From Pristiophorus japonicus (Eukaryota): DNA of 64,000 nucleotides. Where the stretch lies: the NCBI RefSeq assembly GCF_044704955.1, contig NC_091979.1, forward strand, positions 141,980,001-142,044,000, written 5' to 3'. Below, one piece after another: positions 52,046 to 64,000 of the stretch. Under the pieces are notes generated by a model that did not search any database, was not told the origin of the DNA, and saw only the letters and a list, made by a program, of their open reading frames with translations. Numbering within the stretch: the first letter of the stretch is position 1; every line of letters begins with the position of its first letter. The position numbers and the translations under genes were made by a program.

Positions 52046-55000
52046 TAGAGAGTTTAATGGTAGCAGTGCAGCAGAGAATAAGGACAAAGTATGGAATAAT
52101 GGTAAAAAAATTAAATCACAGGCTCTTTATCTGAATGCACAATTAGAAGAAATGGCACAAATCGAGATAAATAGGTTTGATCTAATAGCTGTTAGAGACG
52201 TGATTGCAAGGTGATCAAGGTTGGGAACTAAATATTCCAGGATACTTGACGTTTCGATAAGACAGGCTGAATGGTAAAAGAGGGGTGTGGGGGTAGCCCT
52301 GATAATAAAGAATGACATAAGGGCAGCAGAGGAAAGGATCTTGGTTCGGAAGATCAGGACATATAATCAGTATGGTTGGAGATAAAGAATAACAAGGGGC
52401 AGAAAACACTGGTGGGAGTAGTATATAGGCCCCTAACAGTACTGTACCATTGGACAGAATATTAATCAAGAAATAGGAGGAGCTTGTAACAAAGGTAATG
52501 CAATATTCGGGAGGACTTTAATCTTGATATAGACAAATCATAAGAACATAAGAAATAGGAGCAGGAGTAGGCCATTTCGCCCCTTGAGCCTGCTCTGCCA
52601 TTTAATAAGATCATGGCTGATCTGATCATGGACTCAGCTCCACTTCCCTGCCCACTCCCCAAAACCCTTTATTCCCTTATCGCTCAAAAATCTGTCTATC
52701 TCCGCCTTAAATATATTCAATGACCCAGCCTCCACAGCTCTCTGGGGCAGCGAATTCCATAGATTTACAACCCTCTGAGCGAAGAAATTCCTCCTCATCT
52801 TAGTTTTAAATGGCGGCCGCTTATTCTGAGACTGTGTCCCCTAGTTTTAGTTCCCCCTATGAGTGGAAATATCCTCTCTGCATCCCCTCATTACCTTATA
52901 TGTTTCGATAAGATCATCTCTCATTCTTCTGAACTCCAATGAGTATAGGCCCAACCAACTCAAATCAAATTGGTAATGGTAGTCTGGAGGACAAGTTCAT
53001 GGAATGCATTCGGGACACTTTCCTAGAAAAATACGTGATGGAACCAACCAGGGAACAGGCTATTTTATTGTGTAATGAGACCGGGTTAATTAGCAGTCTC
53101 GTAGTAAAGGATCCTCTGGGGTAGAGTGATCATAATATGATAGAATTACGTTTGAGAGTGACTTGCGTCTAAGTCCGAAACACGAGTCTTAAACTTAAAT
53201 AAAGCCAATTACATAGGTATGCAGGGCGAGTTGGCTAAGGTGGATTGGAAAAATAGATTAAAAGGTATGGCAGTAGATAAGCAGTGGCTTGCATTTAAAG
53301 AAATATTTCATAATTCTCAACAAAAATACATTCCATTGAGAAACAAAAACTACTCAGGAAAAGAGATCCATCCGTGGCTAACTATAAAGGAGTTAAGGAT
53401 AAAATTAGATTGAAAGAAGAAGTTTACTATGCCTGAAGATTGGGACAGTTTCAGAAACCAGCAAAGGATGACCAAAAAACTGATAAAAAGGGAAAAAATA
53501 GACTGAGAGAAAACTAACAAGAAATATAAAAACAGATTGTAAGAGCTTCTACAAGTATGTAAAAAGGAAGAGAGTAGCAAAAGTAAACATTGGTCCCTTA
53601 GAGGCTGAGGCAGGAGAAATTATTTTGGGGAATAAGGAAATGGCAGAAACATTAAACAAATATTTGGTATCTGTCTTCACAGTAGAAGATGCAAAGTGCA
53701 TACCTAAAATGGTGGGGAACCAAGGATCTAATGAGGGTGAGGAACTTAATGTAATTAATACAAGTAGAGAAAAAGTACTAGAGAAACTAGTAAGACGACA
53801 TTTGGAAAAGCAAAATTTGGTCAGGCAAAGTCAGCATGGATTTATGAAGGGGAAGTCATGTTTGAAAAATTTGCTGGAATTCTTTGAGGATGTAACGAAC
53901 AGGGTGGATAAAGGGGAACCAATGGATGTGGTGTATTTGGACTTCCAGAAGGCATTTGACAAGGTGCCACACAAAAGGTTACTGTGCAAGATAAAAGTTC
54001 ACAGGGTTGGGGGTAATATATTAGCATGGATAGAAGATTGGCTGACAAACAGAAAACAGAGTCGGGATAAATGGTTCATTCTCCGGTTGGCAATCAGTAA
54101 CGAGTGGGGTGCCGCAGGAATTAGTGCTGGGACCACAACTATTTACAATCTATATTAACGACTTGGAAGAGGGGACCGAGTGTAACGTAGCCAAGTTTAC
54201 CGACGACATAAAGATGGGAGGAGGACATAAAGAGGCTGCAGGAGGACATAGACAGGCTAAGTGAGTGGGCAAGAATTTAGCAGATGGAGTATAATGTTGG
54301 AAAGTGTGAGGAGGTCATGCACTTTGGCAGAAAAAATCAAAGAGCAAGTTATTATTTAAATGGAGAATTTTGCAAAATGCTGCAGTACAGCGGGACCTGG
54401 GGATACTTGTGCATGAAACACAAAAGGATAATATGCAGGTACAGCAGGTGAGCAGGAAGGCCAATGGAATCTTGGCCTTTATTGCAAAGGGGATGGAGTA
54501 TAAAAGCAGGGAAGTCTTGTTCCAGCTGTACAGGGTATTGGTGAGGCCACACCTGGAATACTGCATGCAGTTTTGGTTTCCATATTTACGAAAGGAGATA
54601 CTTGTTGTTGGAGGCAGTTCAGAGAAGGTTCACTCGGTTGATCCTGGGTTTGAGTGGGTTGACTTATGAGGAAAGGTTGAGTAGGTTGGGCCTCTACTCA
54701 TTGGAATTCAGAACAATGAGAGGTGATCTTATCGAAACGTATAAGATTATGAGGGGGCTTGACAAGGTGGATGCAGAGAGGATGTTTCCACCGGTGGGGG
54801 AGATTAGAACTAGAGGGCATGATCTTAGGATAAGGGGCTGCCCATTTAGAACTGAGATGAGGAGAAATTTCTTCTCTGAGGGTTGTGAATCTGTGGAATA
54901 CGCTGCCCCAGATAGCTGTGGAAGCTGGGACATTAAATAAATTTAAGACAGAAATAGACAGTTTCTTAAACGTTAAGGGGTTATGGGGAGTGGGCAGGGA

Positions 55001-56468
55001 AGTGGAGCTGAGTCCATGATCAGATCAGCCATGATCTTATTGAATGGCGGAGCAGGCTCATGGGGCCGTATGGTCTACTCCTGCTCCTATTTCTTATGTT
55101 CTTAATGGGACTAAACACCGACAAATCCCCCGGCCTATGTCCTAGGGTTCTAAAAAAGGTGGCCGCAGAGATAGAGGATGCATTGGTTTTGATCTTTCAA
55201 AATTCCCTAGATTCTAGAAGGTAGCAAATGTAACACTGCTATTCAAGAAAGGAGGGAGAGAGAAAACAGGGAACTACAGGCCAGTTAGCCTGACATCAGT
55301 CATTTGGAAAATGCTGGAATCCATTTTTAAGGAAGTGCTATCAGGGCACTTAGAAAACATGATTAGGCAGAGTCAACATGGTTTTATGAAAGGGAAATCG
55401 TGTTTGACAAATTTATTTGAGTTTTTTGAGGATATAACTAGCAGGGTAGATAAAGGGGAACCCATGGACGTGGTATATTTGGATTTCCAAAAGGCATTCG
55501 ATAAGGTGCCACGTAAAAGATTATTGCACAAGATAAGTGCTCATGGGATTGGAGGTAATGTATCAGCATGGATAGAGGATTGGTTAACGGACAGAAAGTA
55601 GGGATAAATGTTTTTTTTCAGGTTGGCAGACTGTAACTAGTGAGGTGCCACAAGGATCAGTGCTGAGGCCTCAGCTATTTACAGTCTATATTAATGACCT
55701 AGATGAAGGAACCGAGTATAAAGTATCCAAGTTTGCTGACAATACAAAGCTAGGTGGGACAGTAAGCTGTGAGGAGAACACAAAGCCTCTGCAAAGGGAT
55801 ATAGATAGACTGTGAGTGGGCAGTAAGGTAACAGATGTACAGAAATGTGAGGTTATTCACTTTGGTAGGAAGAATAGAAAAACAGAATATTTTTTAAATA
55901 GTGAGAAACTTTTAAATGTTGGTATTCAGAGAGATTTGGGTGTCCTTGTGCAAAAAACACAGAAAGCTAGCATGCAGGTACAGCAAGCAATAAGAAAGGC
56001 AAATGGCATGTTGTCCTTTATGGCAAGGGAGTTGGAGTATAAGTGTAAGGGCATCTTGCTACAATTGTACAGAGCGTTAGTGAGACCACACCTGGAGCAC
56101 TGTGCACAGTTTTGGTCTCCTTATCTAAGGAGGGATATACTTGCCTTGGCGGCGGTACAACGGAAGTTCACAAGATTGATTCCTGGGATGAGAGGGCTTT
56201 CTTATGATGAGAGATTGTGCAGAATGGGCCTATACTCTCTCGAGTTTAGAAGAATGAGAGATGATCTCATTGAAATATACAAGATTCTGAAGGGGATTGA
56301 CACGGTAGATGCTGAGAGGTTGTTTCCCCCTGGCTGGAATGTCTAGAACTAGGGGACACAGTCTCACAATAAGGGGTAGGCCATTTAAGACAGAGATGAG
56401 GAGAAATTTCTTCACTCAGAGGGTTGTGAATCTTCGGAATTCTCTGCCCCAGAGGCTGTGGATGCTGA

Positions 56469-57215
56469 GGGGCCGAATTTGCCCCCGCCCGAAGCAGGGC
56501 GCACGCACCCCGTTTCAATGATTTTTACCGCCGCAGTGGTTGATGCCGCCTCTTGAGTGACATTCTGCTCTTTGTTGTTTTTTTAAAATTTGGATCCAGA
56601 AGTCGCTCTTAATGGGGGCGGTTATGCGGGGGTGGCAACATTAGAGGGGCGGAAGTTGGGGGCAATGCGGAGTGTCACCACGGCTCTCCTCTCCACTTAA
56701 AGGGGAGAGCCTCCGAGATCTTAAAACTTCAGTTCCCTGGACTACTAGGGAGGGTTTTGGCCGGGCCAGCAGCCTGACACCCAAGAGGGCGTGCCAGGCT
56801 GTCTGTTGGTATAATTGTTGGGCCGTCAGCCGACAAAAAAAAACATGGCGGCAACGGCAGTGCATCCTCCCCTTTAAAGAAAGCCGCACCACCATTGCAG
56901 AAGGCCTCAGCCTCACTGGACCACCGGGAAAAAATAGGTTTTGGCACTGCTGGGCGGGCCAAAGATTTGCACGGCGGAATTTCACCATCGGCGGGGCGGG
57001 GCGTAGATCGGCGGTGCACACCGTGATGACGTACTTCACACGGATCGGCAACAGCGGAGCGGTAACGGAGGAGTGGGTCATCGCCGGGATAAAACAGGAG
57101 CGGAATTTTGATAATGATGGGCATTATACGAAAAGTCAGCGGCCATTGCACTTCACAGCATGGCCGCCGCTTTCCGGTGTTAACAGGCCTTAAGGAAAGG
57201 GGCAATTTCAGCCCC
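56469..57215. mobile_element. Harbinger-type MITE inserted near a CR1 3' end
   Basis: 17-bp TIRs GGGGCCGAATTTGCCCC and GGGGCAATTTCAGCCCC (2 mismatches), 3-bp TSD TGA. Confidence 0.88.
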
Positions 57216-58706
57216 TGAGTGTCTGAATATATTCAAGGCTGAGATAGATAGATTTTTGGAGTCTAGGGGAATAAAGTGATATGGAGATCGGGTGGTAAAG
57301 TGGAGTTGAGGTCGATGATCAGCCATGATCTTATTGAATGGTGGAGCACGCTCAAGGGGCCGTAGGGCCTACTCTCTCTCCTATTTCTTATGTCTTACGT
57401 TTTATGTGGTCTTATTGAATGGCGGAACAGGTTTGAGAGGCCATGTGGTGGCCGTCCAGCCCTGAATATTCGGTAATTTAATTTTGGACAATCAGGGTGA
57501 CACTAATTTGTATCTGATGGAAACACTGCTGGTATTTCATTGCTTTCAGTATTGTTGAGATATTTCTCTCAAAAGGGAAGGAAAACCCCATCTGGAATCG
57601 CAACACATAAAATATAGTATTGACAGGAAATAATGTGCTACATTGCTCTCAACAAGTATTTGGTCAGCAGATATTTAAGACTTTTTTTTACCAAGGTTAT
57701 ACTCAGTTTCCATTCATAAATCACTGCTTAAGATTGTTGACATTCCATGCAGATCAATTCTTGAATCTGTCAATCTATTTTTGACAACTCATTCTTGGGA
57801 AGCTTTGCTGCCACAAAATTGTTAGAATAGTGACATTGTTTTGTTGCCAGTAAAATGATGTAAGAAAAACTTAGCAGCTTTTTATTTCATCTTTCTTCAT
57901 GGTCTTGAAAAGTGTCTTTTTTTCCTTTTAAAACTAGCTTTTAAAAACAAATGGTACTGGAATGGGAATAATTATCTAAGCAATAGATGGTAAAATATTT
58001 GATTTCAGAGAAGTATACATTACCTTATTCAAAAGAAGAGCAGGACTGAGAATCGAAATACTTTTTCACTTTGGGATCCACAACTAGAGGTGAGCACTCA
58101 ATTGCCAATATGTCTTTACCCCAATGTCGGAAGAGCACCATTTACTGCACCAGAGTGCGTTTCCTGCTTTCCACACTAACCATCCTTGTCATTTTTTTGA
58201 ATGAGCGTCTTTGTTTGTGCCAGACAGTGGGCAACTTGTTTTGCTTTGGGTCTGCACCAACTAGAAACCTAGCTGAAGGAAATAGGAGCAAGGAATGGCT
58301 GAGACAAATAAGATGTTCTACAGGTCCTGGGAAATAATGAGTTAGAGTGCAGTAAGCCTTGTTTTCAACATATTGTAGATGCCGAAAGGAGCAAATGTGT
58401 AGAACAGTGTTTTTCCAGTTTGTGGAGAACAAGAGTGAAAAGTTCAGAGCAGCACTGAACCATAACAATGCAATAGAAATAGAATAGACTAGAAAAGTTG
58501 CAATGGCGACAGAAAGGTTGGAGGCTCGAGGTGAGAAATGATTGTTGATCAGGAAGGGATTTGAAACTGCCCATACTCATTGCTAAGGAGTCATTTCAGG
58601 GTACAGAGACCTGAGGAAATATTCGTTCCATTGTGAGGAATGAATTTGGACCAAAGTCCCAGAAAGAAAATAGAAATGTATTTAACCGACTGTGTACTCA
58701 TTAATA

Positions 58707-58877
58707 TAAAAGCAAAATACTGCGGATGCTGGAAATCTGAAATAAAAATAGAAAATGCTGGAAATACTCAGCAGGTCAGCGGTTCTGATGAAAGGTCATC
58801 GACCTGAAACGTTAACTCTCTTTCTCTCTCCACATATGCTGCCTGACGTGGAGTATTTCCAGCATTTTCTATTTTTA
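58707..58877. mobile_element. Fold-back remnant of a Penelope-like element terminal repeat
   Basis: Perfect 27-bp inverted repeat (58743-69 and 58851-77) enclosing a hammerhead-like core. Penelope assignment is inferred. Confidence 0.6.
58781..58817 (+). ncRNA. Candidate minimal (dimer-type) hammerhead ribozyme
   Basis: GGUU-CUGAUGA-A-AGGUC-AUC-GACCU-GAAAC-GUU-AACU: core boxes, 5-bp stem II, palindromic AACGUU in place of stem III, and a 4-bp stem I. Confidence 0.5.
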
Positions 58878-58973
58878 CTACTGTGTTACTCTATCATTAC
58901 AAGAATGCAGGAATCCCACAGGAGATTTCAGTCTTGCATTTTGTTTTCAGAGGCCTCATAATTTCTCAAATAC

Positions 58974-59935
58974 CGTGATACGTACCCTGAGTCGTCCAAC
59001 TAAACTGTGAATGGTATATCTACCCTGGGTCGTCCCACTGAATACCGTGATATTCGTGTCCCACTAAACTGTGAATGGTATACCCACCCTGGGTCATCAC
59101 AAAATACCATGATACCCGCCCTGGGTCGTCACACTAAATACACGTGATACCCACCCTGGGTCGTCACACTGAATACATGTGATATCTATCCTGGGTTGTC
59201 ACACTGAATACAAGTGATATCTATCCTGGGTCATCACACTGACTGTAAATTACCCAAATACCGTGTTACCCGCCCTGGGTCATCCCACTAAATACACGTG
59301 ATATCTACCCTGGATCGTCACACTGAATACATGTGATACCCACCCTGGGTCGTCACACTGAATACACGTGATATCTATCCTGGGTCGTCACACTGACTGT
59401 AAATTACCCAAAAACCGTGATACCCACCCTGGGTCGTCACACTGAATGCATGTGATACCCACCCTGGGTCGTCACACTGAATACAAGTGATATCTATCCT
59501 GGGTCGTCACACTGACTGTAAATTACCCAAATACCGTGATACCCACCCTGGGTCGTCACACTGAATACAAGTGATATCTATCCTGGGTCGTCACACTGTC
59601 TGTAAATTACCCAAATACTGTGACACCCGCCCTGGGTCATCCCACTAAATACAATGATACCTACCCTGGGTCGTCACACTGACTGTAAATTACCTAAATT
59701 ACCCAAATACCGTGATACCCGCCCTGGGTCGTCACACTAACTGTCGATGGTAAATTACCAAAATACATGTGATAACTACGCTGGGTCATCCTACTAAACT
59801 GTGAATGGTAAATTACCAAAATACCGTGGTACCTACCCTGTGTCGTGACATTAAACTGTGAATGGTAAATTACCAAAATACACGTGATATCTACGCTGGT
59901 TCATCAAACTAAACTGTGAATGGTAAATTACCAAA
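58974..59935. repeat. Compound minisatellite: about 22 copies of a roughly 28-bp hairpin core in 35-, 49- and about 57-bp units
   Basis: Core GTGATAYCYRYCCTGGGTCRTCACACT repeated with three recurring linker types. Confidence 0.9.
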
Positions 59936-60534
59936 TAAGAACCGGCCTGTTTTTTATTTCACATTTTTAAATGAAATTTCACCAGGATACTGTAGGTGGC
60001 AGCAGTACTTCACTATCTTGAATTGGGAAACTGTTTTTCCAAGAAACTTCTTGGAAATTTCAAGAACAAATACTTTTCAGTTAATTATCCATTATCCAAG
60101 TAATCAAGTTGCTGGCATTCTTGAAGACTAATTTAGTCGTGATCACTTTAGATGAGAAGAAAGATAGCTTATTATTGTATAGTTTATTTTCAACTATGCA
60201 AAGCTGCATGTGTAAGAAATTTCGAGTAGATTATCAAAACCCCTTCCAGCTCTGAACATTGACATCCCTGAAAAACAGAAACTTAACCTGTCTATTACCG
60301 AGCATGTGTATAGAGGTGTGCCAAATCTTAGATAAAATTAGAACAACCTGTGTGTGCAGCAAGTATAACGTAGCCATGTGCATGTTAAATCTATTCACCA
60401 GCACATGTCCCCTTAGCCCAAGAAATTGGTGCATCTTTTTTACCCAGAGAATGGTTAGAATGTGGAACTTGCTACCACAAGGAGTAGTTGAGGCGAATAG
60501 CATTGATGTATTTAAGGGGAAGCTAGATAAACAC

Positions 60535-61393
60535 ACAGGAGGTCAGAATCAGCATGGAGCAGAAGCCGCAAACGGTGTGGAGCGGAGGTCAGAAGTGGGG
60601 AGGAGCAGAGGGAGGGACCGATGAGGAGTGGAGGTCGGGACCAGCGATGTCTGGAGAGGTCAGGACCGGTGAGGTCGGAAGTGGGGAGGAGCAGAGGGAG
60701 GGACCGATGAGGAGTGGAGGTCGGGACCAGCGATGTCTGGAGAGGTCAGGACCGGTGAGGTCGGAAGTGGGGAGGAGCAGAGGGAGGGACCGATGAGGAG
60801 TGGAGGTCGGGACCAGCGATGTCTGGAGAGGTCAGGACCGGTGAGGTCGGAAGTGGGGAGGAGCAGAGGGAGGGACCGATGAGGAGTGGAGGTCGGGACC
60901 AGCGATGTCTGGAGAGGTCAGGACCGGTGAGGTCGGAAGTGGGGAGGAGAGGATGGACAAGGCACGGAAGAGCGGAGATGTCTGAGCCCAGAGGTGGAGC
61001 AGCGTGGACAAGACCAAGGGAAGGCGCAGCACAAGCCAATAGTGAGGCTGTGAGGTCGTGAGGCTCACATTGCATACTTTGAATTCCACGTAGAGAAAGG
61101 TCCTGTGGGAAGGAGGAAGGAAGGAGGACAGTAGGAGTATTTTGAGTTTGTGTGTATGTATTGGCACATGTGGCGGAGCCTGGTCTCCATTCGTCTTGGA
61201 TCCCCTTGCCACTTGACCAAGACCATGCTCCGTCAAGCCCGTGTGGTGTGCAACGACCATCCCATGTTAAAAGAATTCATGCACAGGCATCTTCCACCAT
61301 TTAAAATGAGTTTATCAGTCACCTGAGTACATATTTTTAGTGTGGAAGCAAGCCATCCTCAACTCCGAGGGACTGCCTATGATGATGATGATG
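60535..61393 (+). mobile_element. Non-autonomous RTE-derived element with a tandem-repeat head, inserted in an old CR1 3' end
   Basis: 10-bp TSD AGATAAACAC at 60525-34 and 61394-403, (GAT)n RTE tail, body homologous to 43030-43282. Confidence 0.85.
60585..60950. repeat. 86-bp purine-rich tandem repeat, about 4.2 copies
   Basis: AGGAGCAGAG recurs at 60601, 60687, 60773 and 60859 (period 86). Confidence 0.95.
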
Positions 61394-61474
61394 AGATAAA
61401 CACCGGGAGAAGGGAATAGAAGGCTACACTGTTACGGTTAGATGAAGTAGAGTGGGTGGAGGCTAGTATGGAGC

Positions 61475-61968
61475 ATCAGGCCAACATCCCCAGCATCAAA
61501 GCATTGACCATGTTCGATCAGCTCCGTTGGGCAGGCCACATTGTCCACATGCCCGACACGAGACTCCCAAAGCAAGCGCTCTACTCGGAATTCCTACACG
61601 GCAAGCGAGCACCAGGTGGGCAGAGGAAATGCTTCAAGGACACCTTCAAAGCCTCCTTGACAAAAGTGCAACATCCCCACCGACTCCTGGGAACCCCTGG
61701 CCCAAGACCGCCCAAAGTGGAGGAAGAGCATCCGGGAGGGCGCTGAGCACCTCGAGTCCCATTGCCGAGAACAAGCAGAAACCAAGAGTAGACAGCGGAA
61801 AGAGCGTGCATCAACCCAGGCTCCCCAACCACCCTTTCCTTCAACCACTGTCTGCCCCACCTGTAACAGAGACTGTAGGTCCCACATTGGACTTCTCAGT
61901 CACCTGAGAACTCCCTTTTAGAGTGGAAACAAGTCATCCTCGACTCCGAGGGACTGCCTATGATAATG
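61475..61968 (+). mobile_element. RTE LINE 3' fragment
   Basis: QLRWAGHIVHMPDTRLPKQALYSE and the RTE tail GAGGGACTGCCTATGAT. Confidence 0.88.
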
Positions 61969-62034
61969 CATAAACATTACAATACTTATGCTCCATTTGG
62001 ACCAAATGGTGTGTTTTTGTGCTGCAGACTCTAT

Positions 62035-63163
62035 GGGCTAAAAATTCATATTGCCAGGGAATGGGTGGTATTGGGACAAAGATGGTGAATTAGCGCCAGG
62101 CAACAGTGCTCTAGACTGCATGCAAAATTCATCCTCATTGCTCAATAAAATGCTTGGAGTCTTAAATCAAGTCTAAAAACCCAAGTTCATTGGTGTTACA
62201 CTTAAAGGCTGGTCCAATATCGGATGCAGTCTAAACGCAACTCATGATTGCCTTAGGCTTTTTTCACTACTTAAAGGGCAGGTTCATTGATGCTGCAGAA
62301 CCTCATTCTCAGCATTGTTGGGTATGCAGATGCCCCAACAACCATAAGAAGGACAAGGAGAAGGAGCACTTATTTACAAATCCTGATGGCAGATGGCCAC
62401 CCCAGGGAGAGAGCCCGCAGGTTTTCCCATGAAGCTTGGGAGGGATTGGTTTTAGCGGTGGAGAAAAAGGTGGGCAGTCCTGTACCCATCAACTGGCAGG
62501 AGGCCCTCACCACAATTCTGCTGCACTATATGGAGGGAGATGGCACACCACATCACAGACCATCCATCCGGAAGCCCAATTGTCCGGCTGCCTCCTCCCC
62601 CACTCCTGTTCCAATCTTCTTCCTCTTCCTCTTCTTCATCTTCCTCCCTCTGCGTACCTGTTCCCGTCTTTCTCACTCCCTCCACCATAGATCCTGGGGA
62701 ACGAAGGGGACGGACAGCCAGTACAGCCCTCACGACCTTTAATAAGTGTAGGTTGAATCATTCAAGAATACATGTTGCCCTTTTCTACTGGCCGAAATGC
62801 TCCTGATATCAATTATCAGGAACTCACACACAGGCACTGAAACTTCATTAACCTGTTAGGTGCGAGTGGTTGGGGCTGATACCTTTAAATAATGTCCCTG
62901 CACGCCAGCTCTCCCTGTCGGTGTTTATTCCAGGCGGTGAGGTAAGTGGCTATAATCAATTTGGGAGATTGAGCATTCAGTGAGCATTGTGCACTCACTG
63001 TTGTCACAATCTCCCTGGCGTTGAAGACCCCAGCGATCTCTGTTACTGGCAGTGCTACAGGAGGGTGCGGATTTGGCGTATGGCGCTGGATTCGACAGCA
63101 GTTGGCGTTATAACTCCTGACACCACATTAGTGCCATGGCGCTAAGGGGAGGAATTTTCCCCC
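62035..63163. mobile_element. Internally deleted Harbinger element
   Basis: Imperfect TIRs GGGCTAAAAATTC and GAATTTTCCCCC, TAT on both sides, Myb-like start RERARRFSHEAWEGLV at about 62385-62540. Confidence 0.7.
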
Positions 63164-64000
63164 TATGTAATTCTATGTGGTAAAGCCAAAAACACCAATT
63201 TTATTTAGATGTTTAAAATTGGAAATTCTGATTAATTGTACGATATAGCTTGTTCATTTGTTTTTCCTGCAGCATTGTACAACCTTTCTTGTTGGATTGT
63301 TTGATTAATTTGCTAGAGTGCCAGAGCAGTATTATTCTAGAAGCCAAAACAAATTTGCTATCTACCCAAGCATTCCTGTAGATTGTGCCATTCTCTATTC
63401 TGGACATGGGTAGATCACTAGCAAGCAACACTGTTCTATTAGGGGCACTGAGAAAGCAAAGTGAAGACCAAAGCATTTGAATAGCAAAGTTGCCAGGAGC
63501 AAATTTTGCTGTCTTTTCTGTCTTCTTTACATTTTTAGTTTGGTCTGTTCCATAAATTGGGTGTGTATTCCAAAACAGAATATTCTAGAATGATCGGAAG
63601 GACGATTGCTAATACTACTCCTGAAGCCCCAGAAACACCGTTTGAGATATGTTTTCTGTGTTCCTTGTTATAAACTGAATTTTGATTTATGAAAAAATTA
63701 TCTGCTAAATAGATCTGATAACTTTAAGGGTGCTTTTCATGCATTGATGATGATAACCAACAAGCATTGTGAAGCGGAGGTGCATTTCTGGTGAGTTACT
63801 GGTATTAGAAATAAATTGATCCCAGTGGGAAATAAATCATTCATTCGGTCACGATGACATTGCACAAATGTCAACCGGTTGTAAATGCCGACTGAGGTAA
63901 ATTACTAACGTTTCTTGGCAACATGTGCTTAGTTAGCCCTTCAATTTAGGGATTCAATAGATAACATTTACTTTTTTTAAAAAAGAATAGTTTTCAAAAC

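Larger units (their letters stand above)
50095..57410 (+). mobile_element. Cluster of nested CR1 fragments, mostly on the + strand
   Basis: RT piece 50095-50480, ORF1-end/APE piece about 50480-51360, and a long degenerate ORF2 about 52100-57400. The long copy is interrupted by a minus 3' fragment (about 52538-52960), a second CR1 (about 53790-55103) and MITEs. Confidence 0.85.

Noticed and set aside
58974-59935. CRISPR array (palindromic repeats of about 28 bp)
   Set aside because: The intervening sequences are short and recur instead of being unique. No leader or cas genes are present.
41866-64000. Next PMS1 exon (AVIWQK-like)
   Set aside because: I found no matching splice-bounded frame by eye. 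It is probably beyond the window, though a short exon could have been missed.

Overview
Vertebrate nuclear DNA, not prokaryotic. The repeat families suggest a cartilaginous fish such as a shark (inference). The window holds three coding exons of the mismatch-repair gene PMS1 on the + strand (231-413, 10969-11071, 41702-41865; 183, 103 and 164 bp). Its introns are large (10.6 kb, 30.6 kb and more than 22 kb) and packed with nested transposable elements. These include CR1-type LINEs (two near full length with an esterase ORF1, two young copies with near-intact ORF2), RTE LINE pieces and RTE-derived non-autonomous elements, a Vingi-like LINE, Deu-domain tRNA-SINEs, PIF/Harbinger transposons and MITEs, TA-flanked MITEs, a Penelope-type fold-back remnant and several minisatellites. 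The most unusual object is a 3.2-kb single-ORF APE-RT LINE (17578-20803, minus strand). Its 5' end is a tRNA-like A/B-box head, and by manual scan its sense strand has no TTTT run until the 3' tail, as expected for an RNA polymerase III-transcribed, protein-coding retroelement. Other leads are a minimal hammerhead ribozyme candidate sense to PMS1, an array of hairpin-forming units, and a TSD-bounded RTE insertion with a 5' inversion. Element boundaries were read by eye and are approximate unless a TSD or TIR is quoted.
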